Shown here: positions 48,295 to 56,467 of the stretch, piece after piece
How positions within the stretch are numbered: position 1 is the stretch's first letter
Layout: the number at the start of each line of letters is the position of its first letter
From: Clostridia bacterium
Lineage (GTDB): Bacteria > Bacillota > Clostridia > UMGS1810
Assembly: GCA_045592485.1 (NCBI GenBank)
Contig: JAZNUS010000037.1
Span: 133 to 64,132 of the forward strand
Length of the DNA stretch: 64,000 nt
Direction of reading: 5' to 3'
Translations under genes and position numbers: made by a program
Notes under the pieces: model-generated
What the model saw: the letters and a program-made list of their open reading frames with translations, nothing else
Databases searched by the model: none
Told to the model about the DNA's origin: nothing

Positions 48295-50667
48295 TTACAT
48301 GGGCAAGCCGTTTTTCAGCTTAATGTTCTGAGCATCAAGTTCTGCCACAATGCCGTTTACCACATCGAGAACCTCTTCTTTTGTAAGAGTTCTTTCGGGG
48401 TGGGCAAAAACCACACGGACAGTTATGGATTTGCCGCTTTCGTCGCTATAGACATCTGCTACGCTGACATTTTTAATAAGCGGACATTTCGCATTTTCAA
48501 TAGCCTTTGAAATTGGAGCAAAGGTTTCTGAAACAAAGGAAAGGTCAATTTCAATTGCCGGGAACTTTGAAGGTTCGTCATAGGAAATGCCTGCATTGCC
48601 TATTTTTGCAAACTCTTCAACATCAATTTCGGCATAAGCAATGTTGGCTTTTTTGTCAATTTTTCTTGAAACCGAAGTGTTTACAATGCCGATTTCACCA
48701 ATGAATCTGCCACCGCAGCAAATGCCGTTGAGGTTCTTCGGATGCTGATAGGAATGGGTTGCTTCCATTTTTTCAAAGGTGAGAGCTTCGTGCTTGATGT
48801 CGTCTGCAATAACGGCAAGAATGTCGCGGAGCTCAAAGTAGATTGTTTCAAGCTCTTTGGTTTTTGAGAAAATTGTGATACAAAGCTTTTTGCTCTCGTT
48901 GCAAAGACCGTCTGCACCTATTCCGTCAACCACTCTGCCAACCTCAAAAATTGCAAAATCGGTGTCGTAGCCTGTGTTATATTTAGCCTGACAAAGCTGT
49001 GTTGGAACAATTGATTTTCTGATTGTTTTAATGTTGGGATTTGTTGCATTTATGAGCTCAACATTGTCTTCCACTTCAATTCCAAGAGCTTTGTACTCAT
49101 CATAATATGCCCACACATAGGAATGAAGCTCGTGCATTGAATATCTTTTTACAAGAATATCCTTGATGCGGTCTTCGTCGCTCTTTTCCTGAGCAGCTCT
49201 CACAGGGTAAAGAGGCACGGCTGCTGTGTGAACATCGAAGTTGTCGTAGCCATAGATTCTGGTAATTTCTTCGATTATGTCCGCTTTTATTGTAACATCC
49301 TTTGTGGCTCTCCAGGAAGGAACATCAACCTTGAACACATCGTCGGCAAGTTCAACCCCGAATCCGAGAGAAAGAAGTGTTTTGACAATTGTATCGTTGC
49401 TGATTTCAATACCGGTATATTTGTTTACAAAAGCCTTGTCAAATGTGAGGCTCACATTGTCATATCTGAATGCATATTCATCGGTAAGAGCAGAAGTCAC
49501 TGTTGCACCGGGATCAATTTTTGTGAGAAGGTCAACAAATCTTGCAATTGCAACTGTTGTAAGCTCGGGATCGAGGCTTTTTTCATAACGCATTGAAGCA
49601 TCGGTTCTGTGGGAAAGACGAACTGTGGATTTTCGGATTGAAGCAGCATCGAAGGTTGCCGACTCTAAAGTGAGGCTTGTTGTGTCCTCGACAATTTCAG
49701 AATCGAGACCGCCCATAATTCCGGCAATGGCAACGGGAGTGTCATCATTGCAAATCATAAGAGTGTTTTCGTCTATTTCACGGTCAACACCGTCGAGGGT
49801 TTTGAATGTGAAAGGTTTGTCGAAACGCTTGATTCTGATTTTTTCAACTTTGCGGCTGTCAAATGCGTGCATAGGCTGACCAAGCTCAAGCATAAGATAG
49901 TTTGTGAGGTCTGCAAGGAAGTTGAGAGCTCTCATTCCGCAGTAGTAAAGACGGATTCTCATATTCACAGGACTTGTGTGAGTTGAGATGTTTGAAAACC
50001 TAAGGCAGGAATATCTCTGACAGAGGGGGTCTTCAATTTTAAGGTCCACCTTGTCAAGATTTTCATAAGCCGAAAGGTCAGCCTGAGGAACGGGCTTTAA
50101 TTCTCTTCCGGAAATTGCCGCAAATTCACGGGCAATGCCGTAGTGTCCCCAAAGGTCGGGGCGGTTGGTGAGAGACTTGTTGTCTACTTCGAAAATTATA
50201 TCGTCAATTTCATAAATTGATTTGATGTCTGTGCCGAGTGCCACATCTTCCTTAATGTCCATGATTCCGTCGTGGCTGTCGCTGATGCCCAGCTCCTGCT
50301 CAGAACAGCACATACCGTTTGATGTGTAACCGGCAAGCTTACGGGGAGCTATTGTGATTTCGCCAATCTGTGCACCAAGCTTTGCAAAAGCAGTTTTCAT
50401 GCCGACTCTTACATTGGGCGCACCGCACACAACATCCACAAACTCACCTTCACCGATGTCAACTTTTAGAAGATGAAGCTTTTTGGATTCGGGGTGGTCT
50501 TCAACAGATTTGATTTCGGCAACAACAATGCCGGAGATGTCGGAGCCTTTGAAGAATATTTCATTTTCAACCTCAGCGGTTGAAAGAGAAAACTTGCTTA
50601 TGAGTTCCATTTTGTCAAGACCGGAAAGGTCAACAAAGTCGGAAATCCAGTTCATTGATAAAAACAT
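48295..50667 (-). CDS. pheT: Phenylalanine--tRNA ligase beta subunit
   Basis: 790 aa with an N-terminal tRNA-binding OB domain, then B3/4, B5 and FDX-ACB domains, immediately after pheS. Confidence 0.95.
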   Translation of the reverse strand: MFLSMNWISDFVDLSGLDKMELISKFSLSTAEVENEIFFKGSDISGIVVAEIKSVEDHPESKKLHLLKVDIGEGEFVDVVCGAPNVRVGMKTAFAKLGAQIGEITIAPRKLAGYTSNGMCCSEQELGISDSHDGIMDIKEDVALGTDIKSIYEIDDIIFEVDNKSLTNRPDLWGHYGIAREFAAISGRELKPVPQADLSAYENLDKVDLKIEDPLCQRYSCLRFSNISTHTSPVNMRIRLYYCGMRALNFLADLTNYLMLELGQPMHAFDSRKVEKIRIKRFDKPFTFKTLDGVDREIDENTLMICNDDTPVAIAGIMGGLDSEIVEDTTSLTLESATFDAASIRKSTVRLSHRTDASMRYEKSLDPELTTVAIARFVDLLTKIDPGATVTSALTDEYAFRYDNVSLTFDKAFVNKYTGIEISNDTIVKTLLSLGFGVELADDVFKVDVPSWRATKDVTIKADIIEEITRIYGYDNFDVHTAAVPLYPVRAAQEKSDEDRIKDILVKRYSMHELHSYVWAYYDEYKALGIEVEDNVELINATNPNIKTIRKSIVPTQLCQAKYNTGYDTDFAIFEVGRVVDGIGADGLCNESKKLCITIFSKTKELETIYFELRDILAVIADDIKHEALTFEKMEATHSYQHPKNLNGICCGGRFIGEIGIVNTSVSRKIDKKANIAYAEIDVEEFAKIGNAGISYDEPSKFPAIEIDLSFVSETFAPISKAIENAKCPLIKNVSVADVYSDESGKSITVRVVFAHPERTLTKEEVLDVVNGIVAELDAQNIKLKNGLPM

Positions 50668-50684
50668 ATACTTTCTCTCCCTTC

Positions 50685-51737
50685 TTATTTGTCGTCCGTA
50701 AACTGTGACAGGCTTTTCAGACTGCCGCTGTTGAGATCACGGATATCCTTGATGCCGTATTTTATCATTGCAAGACGGGTGAGACCGAGACCAAAGGCAA
50801 AGCCTGTGTATTCTTCGGGGTCGATGCCGCCGGCTTTCAGAACCTCGGGATGAATCATACCGCAGGGGCAAAGCTCAAGCCATCCGCTGTGCTTACAGGA
50901 GGGGCAACCCTCACCGCCGCAAATGAGACAGCTTATGTCAAGCTCGAAGCCGGGTTCCACAAAGGGGAAGAAGCCGGGACGAAGACGAACCTTGATGTCT
51001 TTTTGGAAAACCTCGGAAAGCATTGTTTTCATAAAGAAAATGAGGTTTGAAATTGAAATGTTTTTGTCAACCATAACACCCTCCATCTGGAAGAATGTGT
51101 TCTCGTGACAAGCGTCGGTAGCCTCATTACGGAAGCATCTTCCGGGGAAGATTGCCTTGATTGCCTTGCCTTCATTAACAAGAGCATCTTTATATTTTTT
51201 GTAGATGGCATTTTGCGCTGCCGAGGTCTGTGATTTGAGAAGCTGACCGTTTTCAAGATAGTAGGTATCCTGCATATCTCTTGCAGGGTGATTTTTGGGA
51301 ATGTTCAAGGATTCGAAGCATTCATAGTCTGTTACAATTTCGCTGTAGTCTTCAACAGTGAAGCCCATGGATTTGAAAATTTCTTCACACTGGCGCTGAA
51401 CGAGGGTAATCGGATGATATGAGCCTCTGGCAAGATTTGCAGGCATTGAAACATCAAACTCGGGCATACGGCTGTTTTCAAGCTCAATTTCCTTTTGCTT
51501 GAGTTCCTCCCTCTTTGCGTTAATCATGTCGTTAACTTCGTTTTTGAGCACATTGACGGACTGACCAAAGGTCTTCTTTTCTTCATTTGAAAGATTTTTC
51601 ATTTCCTTGAGAAGTTCGGTAACAAAACCTTTTTTGCCGATATACTCAACTCTGATTTTTTCAAGCTCTTCCATTGAGGCAACTCCGGCGAGAGCGCCAA
51701 GGAAGGACTCTTTTACTTCCATTGTCTTATCTGCCAT
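50685..51737 (-). CDS. pheS: Phenylalanine--tRNA ligase alpha subunit
   Basis: 350 aa with class II motifs (HPARDMQDTYY, FPGRCFRNE, GFAFGLGLTRL). Confidence 0.96.
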   Translation of the reverse strand: MADKTMEVKESFLGALAGVASMEELEKIRVEYIGKKGFVTELLKEMKNLSNEEKKTFGQSVNVLKNEVNDMINAKREELKQKEIELENSRMPEFDVSMPANLARGSYHPITLVQRQCEEIFKSMGFTVEDYSEIVTDYECFESLNIPKNHPARDMQDTYYLENGQLLKSQTSAAQNAIYKKYKDALVNEGKAIKAIFPGRCFRNEATDACHENTFFQMEGVMVDKNISISNLIFFMKTMLSEVFQKDIKVRLRPGFFPFVEPGFELDISCLICGGEGCPSCKHSGWLELCPCGMIHPEVLKAGGIDPEEYTGFAFGLGLTRLAMIKYGIKDIRDLNSGSLKSLSQFTDDK

Positions 51738-52035
51738 AACAATGTTCCTTTCTATATAATAATATATTTATACAAATACAGGGCTTTAAAGCAACAAAAA
51801 AACAGCCCCATCCACATAGGGACGAGCTGCAACCCGCGGTACCACCCTGATTCAGAAAAATCTGCACTCAACGGTCTTTTGGTGTGAGACCATACACCCT
51901 GCTTATATCAAAAGACTTTCGCAAGATACTCCAATGCTGAAATTCACACATTCACACCACCCCGGATACTCACAGCCAACGATATCCGTTCTCTCTTGGG
52001 CGCTTATGAAGGCTACTTACACATTTTCATCGTAC
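51738..52035 (-). promoter_or_regulatory. T-box leader (Phe specifier) upstream of pheST
   Basis: The minus strand carries the T-box sequence AATCAGGGTGGTACCGCGGG (51834-51852) followed by a terminator and T-run. There is an AGAGAGA box and a candidate specifier UUC-A at 51949-51951. Confidence 0.85.
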
Positions 52036-52041
52036 TGATGT

Positions 52042-52070
52042 ATTATATCAGTTTTAAAATGAAAAGTCAA
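52042..52070 (-). promoter_or_regulatory. SigA promoter of the pheST T-box leader
   Basis: On the minus strand: TTGACT, 17 nt, TATAAT. Confidence 0.65.
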
Positions 52071-52205
52071 TAGCACTTTTTCCGAAAAAACCTTAATTTT
52101 ATTACATCACTGTGTATATTTTAAGCATAATTGCTCATAATGATAGTCTGGAGAGACTCTTTTTATGCAGATATGACCGAAAAGATATTTTTTTTCAAAA
52201 AAGTG

Positions 52206-52234
52206 TTGACAAACATTAGCAAAACTGTTATAAT
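52206..52234 (+). promoter_or_regulatory. Consensus SigA promoter of the five-tRNA operon
   Basis: TTGACA, 17 nt, TATAAT, 41 nt upstream of tRNA-Gly. Confidence 0.7.
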
Positions 52235-52275
52235 TCTAAAAGTCGGTTGACGACAAAGATGTTTTCAGATGGTAT

Positions 52276-52347
52276 GCGGGTGTAGTTCAATGGCTAGAAT
52301 CTCAGCCTTCCAAGCTGATTGTGTGGGTTCGATTCCCATCACCCGCT
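52276..52347 (+). tRNA. tRNA-Gly (anticodon UCC)
   Basis: Acceptor GCGGGTG/CACCCGC, anticodon loop CTTCCAA, T-loop TTCGATT. CCA is not encoded. Confidence 0.92.
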
Positions 52348-52362
52348 TCAATCTTTTTATTT

Positions 52363-52436
<74 letters not shown>

Positions 52437-52481
52437 CTCATCTTTCTTCAATCAGAATTAGCAAATAGGCTTACCACATAT

Positions 52482-52558
52482 GGTGGGTATAGTTCAGTTG
52501 GTAGAGCGCCAGATTGTGGTTCTGGATGTCACCGGTTCGAGTCCGGTTACCCACCCCA
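52482..52558 (+). tRNA. tRNA-His (anticodon GUG), with G-1 and encoded CCA
   Basis: An extra 5' G pairs with the discriminator C. Anticodon arm is CCAGA-TTGTGGT-TCTGG. Confidence 0.92.
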
Positions 52559-52572
52559 CTTTTTCTTAGCAT

Positions 52573-52646
52573 TGGGCTGTAGCCAAGTCGGTAAGGCACC
52601 AGATTTTGATTCTGGCATTTCGTAGGTTCGAGTCCTGCCAGCCCAG
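52573..52646 (+). tRNA. tRNA-Gln (anticodon UUG)
   Basis: Acceptor TGGGCTG/CAGCCCA and anticodon arm CCAGA-TTTTGAT-TCTGG. Confidence 0.92.
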
Positions 52647-52690
52647 TCCCTTTTGGGCAAAGGACAAGACCTTTTATATAAAACTAAATA

Positions 52691-52763
52691 CGGGCCATTA
52701 GCTCAGCCGGCAGAGCACTTGACTTTTAATCAAGGTGTCCGGAGTTCGAATCTCCGATGGCTC
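52691..52763 (+). tRNA. tRNA-Lys (anticodon UUU)
   Basis: Acceptor GGGCCAT/ATGGCTC, anticodon arm CTTGA-CTTTTAA-TCAAG, T-arm CGGAG-TTCGAAT-CTCCG. Confidence 0.93.
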
Positions 52764-52764
52764 A

Positions 52765-52795
52765 TAAAAAACGATACCGTTTGGTATCGTTTTTT
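52765..52795 (+). terminator. Terminator of the tRNA operon
   Basis: AAAAAACGATACC GTTT GGTATCGTTTTTTT. Confidence 0.85.
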
Positions 52796-52796
52796 T

Positions 52797-52875
52797 GTGC
52801 GTTCGTGAGATTTGAACTCCGCAGAGCAAGATTTGCAGGTCAAGTGCTCTGAACGGCTGAGCTAACGAAGCCGGA
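52797..52875 (-). pseudogene. Inverted tRNA-like pseudogene (tRNA-sized, 5' half about 90% identical to tRNA-Lys, no anticodon stem)
   Basis: The reverse complement reads GCTTCGTTAGCTCAGCCGTTCAGAGCACTTGACCTGCAAATCTTGCTCTGCGGAGTTCAAATCTCACGAACGCA. The D-arm and T-loop are recognisable, but the acceptor, anticodon and T stems do not pair. Confidence 0.6.
52816..52846 (+). repeat. 31-bp perfect direct repeat, copy 1 (CTCCGCAGAGCAAGATTTGCAGGTCAAGTGC)
   Basis: Identical to 53066-53096. It lies inside the tRNA-like pseudogene. Confidence 0.9.
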
Positions 52876-53048
52876 AGTTTTAAAGCCTTCCGCTGCCGGT
52901 GGCAGATGAAGGAAGGCTTTAAAAGGCGTAGCGGTCGAAGAAAGGGATGCACCCCTTGTGGGTGTATCTCTTGATTCGGGCACCGCAAGTGTCGTCCATA
53001 CAAAAGCTGTGATTAGATGAAATATGGCAGACCACTTAGCCTTTGCAA

Positions 53049-53070
53049 TGTGTCCGGAGTTCGAATCTCC
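53049..53070 (+). repeat. 22-bp duplicate of the tRNA-Lys variable/T-arm segment (GTGTCCGGAGTTCGAATCTCCG)
   Basis: Identical to 52734-52755 within tRNA-Lys. It lacks the 3' acceptor strand and runs directly into repeat copy 2. Confidence 0.9.
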
Positions 53071-53096
53071 GCAGAGCAAGATTTGCAGGTCAAGTG
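53066..53096 (+). repeat. 31-bp perfect direct repeat, copy 2
   Basis: Identical to 52816-52846, giving a 250-bp period. Confidence 0.9.
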
Positions 53097-54207
53097 CAGT
53101 CCTTGTGGTTTGTCTCACATATCGGTCGTCCTCGGTTCTCTTTGGAAGAGTAACATCTCTTGTGGGAGCAACACCTTTTTTCATTGCACCGTATTTTTTT
53201 ACAGCCTCGTCAATCCTTTTTTGTGCTTCCACATCAATTTCAAGCCTGCCGAGAGGTCCTGAATCTGATTCTGTAGAAGTAGTTCCGGTGTCGGGTTTGG
53301 ATTTTAAGATTCCTGTTTTTTCTTGTATGTCAAAGATATTTTTGACGACTTCTCTAAAAGCTGGGCTTCCGATAAATTTGGGTGATTTTCCCTGCAGAAC
53401 TGGAGCATATCTTGTATTGCTTCCTCTTCCTCGAGATCCAGCATTGTTATTTGCCATATCGTGCTTTTTTTGCACCTGATTATTGCTGCCAAGTAGCTCA
53501 TCAATAATTCTCGATTTTTCGATAGCACTTCTTTCACTTTCAATTACCTCCAATGCTCTTGTTAAAATATCTAATTCACGGTTTGCATTTCCGCCTTTAA
53601 CCTCATACAGAATAGTAGGTTTGTTTAAATTTTCCGTACTGTATATAACAAACAAATCTTCACCGTTAATTCTGCCTTTATACCAACAAGCAGTGTCGGT
53701 AATTCTTTTTGAGTCGGGAGCTCCGGCTTTTTGTATCCATTGTTCAACCATTTTAAGTTGTGTTTTGTTTAAATCGGTTCTCCAATATTGTTTATTATAC
53801 ATTACACCAACAGAATTTGCAATGTTTTTTTTGTTACTGTGCATCACACTCCCACTCTCAGCACCCTTAATCTTATACCCCTGATTCTTTTGGGTTGCCT
53901 TAAGCATATTATTGTAAGCTCTGAGTATTTTCGCCCTTTCACCCTCAAGCATTTTTACAGCTTCTTTAATTTCGGGTGACATCTTTCCGGGATTCTCACC
54001 CTTGTATCTGCCGATTACCTTGTCAAAAAATTCTTTGACGGCATCTATAACCTTTTGGACAAATCCTCTGTCCTCATTGGCAAAATTCTTCATAAAGGTT
54101 TCATCAAGTGTAAGAACTCTTGCGGTTACTTCCGCAATCATTTCCTCGGTCACAAGGTCTGCGTTAATTCTTCCCTTTTCGTCTGTTACCACAGATTTAT
54201 ATATCTA

Positions 54208-54242
54208 AAGGCTGACTTACAACATGAATGTAAATCAGCCTT
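54208..54242 (-). terminator. Hairpin after the HD::glycosylase gene
   Basis: AAGGCTGA...TCAGCCTT (8-bp stem), with only a weak T-run. Confidence 0.4.
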
Positions 54243-54282
54243 AATAAATTTAACATATTAATATTTAAGATAAGTAAACGCC

Positions 54283-55305
54283 CTACTTTTTAACCTCTTT
54301 CCACGCCTCACACAGTTTTTCAAACGACCATGCGGCATTTGCAGGTGATGTGGACGGGAGGCAAACGGCATTTTTACCTGCTATGTCACGAATATATTTG
54401 TTATAATACTTCTCTGCAGTTTTTCCGTTAACATATATCCTGTCAATGCTACAACGGTTGAATATGACATTCAAATCATTTGCAACAACATTTCTTATTG
54501 ACGAATCAGAGCTTCCCTCAATCTCGCAAGATGCAATAACATCCCAAAGTGCAAGATTGTTTTTCAGAATAATTTCCTTTTTCTGCGCTGTTGTTTCGGG
54601 AACTTTTTCCCCAAAAATATTTGCAATCACCTTCCAGAAACGGTTTTGAGGATGGCCGTAGAAAAACTTCTCTTCTCTTGATTTTACCGAAGGAAAGCTA
54701 CCAAGAATTAAAACATGAGAATCTTCGTTAAACAGAGGCAAAAAAGGGTGTGTTACTTTTTCATTTTCCAAAAGCTTTGCTGTTAAACCTTCAAAAATCC
54801 TCAGAAATTCATTTCTTACCTCTGCAAAGGGTTTTTCTTCAAACACAGGATTTGAGCAAATTTCGGGCTTTTTTGAAAGCTCTATGCCCATATAGTGATA
54901 AAACTCGTGGTACAAAAGGTCTTTGTCTATTCCATAGATTATTTCTTTTTCTTCGTCAGAAAAGCCGCCTGCATATTTTTCATAAATTACATCTATAAGG
55001 TTATCCTCATATTTTCTGTAATCCTCAAGATTATTTTTAACAGGTGTTGTCACATCGGACATATATGCTTCCGATGCATCGTGGAGAAGGCAGCCCAGAC
55101 AAATTTTTGAGCTTAGTCCTCTTGCGATTGCTTCGTTGGCGCATTCAATTGAATGCTGTGCCACTGAATGAAAAGACGGGAAATGACCGTTGGCTCTTGA
55201 AAGCATTGAAAGCGCATGGGCAATGTCTTTAATGTCGATATCAGCCGGGTTGGGATTCAAGGGATAGAACTGTTTTTTTGATACTGTGTAGATGTATTCT
55301 GCCAT
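54283..55305 (-). CDS. Fusion protein: N-terminal HD phosphohydrolase (YfbR-like nucleotidase) plus C-terminal UDG-superfamily hypoxanthine/deoxyinosine DNA glycosylase-like domain
   Basis: HD motifs are HSVAQHSIECA and LLHDASEAYMSDV. The C-terminal half has LILGSFPSVKSRE...FFYGHPQNRFW...LWDV. ATG is at 55305. Confidence 0.6.
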   Translation of the reverse strand: MAEYIYTVSKKQFYPLNPNPADIDIKDIAHALSMLSRANGHFPSFHSVAQHSIECANEAIARGLSSKICLGCLLHDASEAYMSDVTTPVKNNLEDYRKYEDNLIDVIYEKYAGGFSDEEKEIIYGIDKDLLYHEFYHYMGIELSKKPEICSNPVFEEKPFAEVRNEFLRIFEGLTAKLLENEKVTHPFLPLFNEDSHVLILGSFPSVKSREEKFFYGHPQNRFWKVIANIFGEKVPETTAQKKEIILKNNLALWDVIASCEIEGSSDSSIRNVVANDLNVIFNRCSIDRIYVNGKTAEKYYNKYIRDIAGKNAVCLPSTSPANAAWSFEKLCEAWKEVKK

Positions 55306-55307
55306 AA

Positions 55308-55832
55308 TCAATACCCCAGAATGTCGAGACGCATTGTAACTCCGAGCTGAAAAAAGGCTGTGATTGTTTTTCCCACATAGGCATTTGCTTCGGGGAGCTT
55401 GAAGTAGTCCTTCATTTTGACAACCCAGTTTTCATACATTTCTATCATAAAATTCTGAAAATCCTTTTTATCTGAATCGGAAGTCATTTCAAGAAGAACA
55501 AACACATTGTTCCACACACCGCCATCATAGATTTCGTCATACTTGATTTTGGAAAGGCGGTCTCCCCCATCTGCCCACGCATCCGCCGCAGAAAGTCCGA
55601 GACAGAAGCAGTTGACACAAAGTCCGAGATAGTAGCCAACCATATTGCCCTTGAAGGTTTCATAAAACTCCGAATCAGAAAGCCAGTCGGCAGAGTATTG
55701 AAAGCCTTTTTCAAGAAGCTCTTCAACCATGATGGCATCCTTGTCGGTATAGTCTTTTTCCATTGCCGCTCTGTGAAGCTCCACAAGAGTGGACTTAAAT
55801 AATTCGTTTGCAGTGTTCAAATTGTTTTCCAT
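55308..55832 (-). CDS. Hypothetical 174-aa protein
   Basis: ATG 55832 follows AAGGAAA. It is wedged with overlapping or adjacent stops between the LOG and HD genes. No motif recognised. Confidence 0.5.
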   Translation of the reverse strand: MENNLNTANELFKSTLVELHRAAMEKDYTDKDAIMVEELLEKGFQYSADWLSDSEFYETFKGNMVGYYLGLCVNCFCLGLSAADAWADGGDRLSKIKYDEIYDGGVWNNVFVLLEMTSDSDKKDFQNFMIEMYENWVVKMKDYFKLPEANAYVGKTITAFFQLGVTMRLDILGY

Positions 55833-55846
55833 TGTTATTTTCCTTA

Positions 55847-56422
55847 TCACACATATTTTGTATCCCTTATGGAGAGATTTTCGCCAACATAGCTTTCTAT
55901 GTATTCTATGAGCTTGTCACCATCGTCAAAAAGCTCGTAGAGAGTCAATGTTTTGTCGGAAACAAAGAATTCGTCTTTTGCCACATTCATAAAGTCCTGA
56001 AGCTTGTCATAGTAGCCATTTATGTTGTAGATTACAATTGCCTTGGAGTGTCTGCCAAGCTGTTTTAAAGTGAGAATTTCAAAAAATTCGTCAAATGTGC
56101 CCACACCTCCGGGAACAATGAGAAAAACATCGGCGTTGTCCTCCAGAAGCTTTTTCCTTTCACGCATTGTTTCGGGACGGATAAGCTCATCACATTTATC
56201 GTAGATAATTCCGTCAATGTCAAAAAAACCCGGCGCAATTCCTATGATGTGGCCGCCGCCCGATGTGAAGCCTCTTGCAGCTGCGCCCATAAGACCATTT
56301 GCTCCTGCACCGAAAACAAGAGAGTGACCTCTTTGGGCAAGAGTTTTGCCTAAGGACTCAACAGCATCGATATATTTTTTGTCTGTTTTTGTGCTTGATG
56401 CTCCATATATGCATATTCTCAT
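55847..56422 (-). CDS. LOG-family nucleotide 5'-monophosphate nucleosidase (TIGR00730-type)
   Basis: 191 aa with GAGANGLMGAAA and PGGVGTFDEFFE motifs. Confidence 0.85.
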   Translation of the reverse strand: MRICIYGASSTKTDKKYIDAVESLGKTLAQRGHSLVFGAGANGLMGAAARGFTSGGGHIIGIAPGFFDIDGIIYDKCDELIRPETMRERKKLLEDNADVFLIVPGGVGTFDEFFEILTLKQLGRHSKAIVIYNINGYYDKLQDFMNVAKDEFFVSDKTLTLYELFDDGDKLIEYIESYVGENLSIRDTKYV

Positions 56423-56467
56423 ATTATCATTCCTTTCTTGTAATAATATTATAAGAGTTTTAATATT

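Larger units (their letters stand above)
52840..54192 (-). pseudogene. Remnant of a large mobile-element (phage/conjugative polyvalent-type) protein, truncated at both ends
   Basis: The 450-codon open frame has no ATG or RBS at its 5' end (it opens at GTG right after a stop). Its 3' part reads through the repeat and tRNA-like sequence (...TRTALDLQILLCG...), so only about 53100-54192 looks like real coding sequence. Confidence 0.45.

Noticed and set aside
47917-48323. Three small ORFs (77, 62 and 78 aa) between ileS and pheT
   Set aside because: They are translations of the palindromic element and the pheT terminator. They overlap each other on both strands and have no RBS.
52797-52875. Functional minus-strand tRNA (anticodon GCA or UGC)
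   Set aside because: The D-arm and T-loop look tRNA-like, but the anticodon stem has essentially no pairs. The T stem has 3 of 5 pairs and the acceptor at most 5 of 7. It was called a pseudogene instead.
52698-53003. 101-aa minus-strand ORF
   Set aside because: It runs antisense through tRNA-Lys, its terminator and the pseudo-tRNA, so it is not coding.
52816-53096. Possible CRISPR array (31-bp perfect repeats)
   Set aside because: There are only two copies, separated by 219 bp, which is far beyond spacer size. The repeat is tRNA-derived and no cas genes are present.
52797-56460. Intact prophage or integrative element at tRNA-Lys
   Set aside because: No integrase, recombinase, transposase or structural phage gene is present. 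Only repeat scars and one truncated ORF remain.
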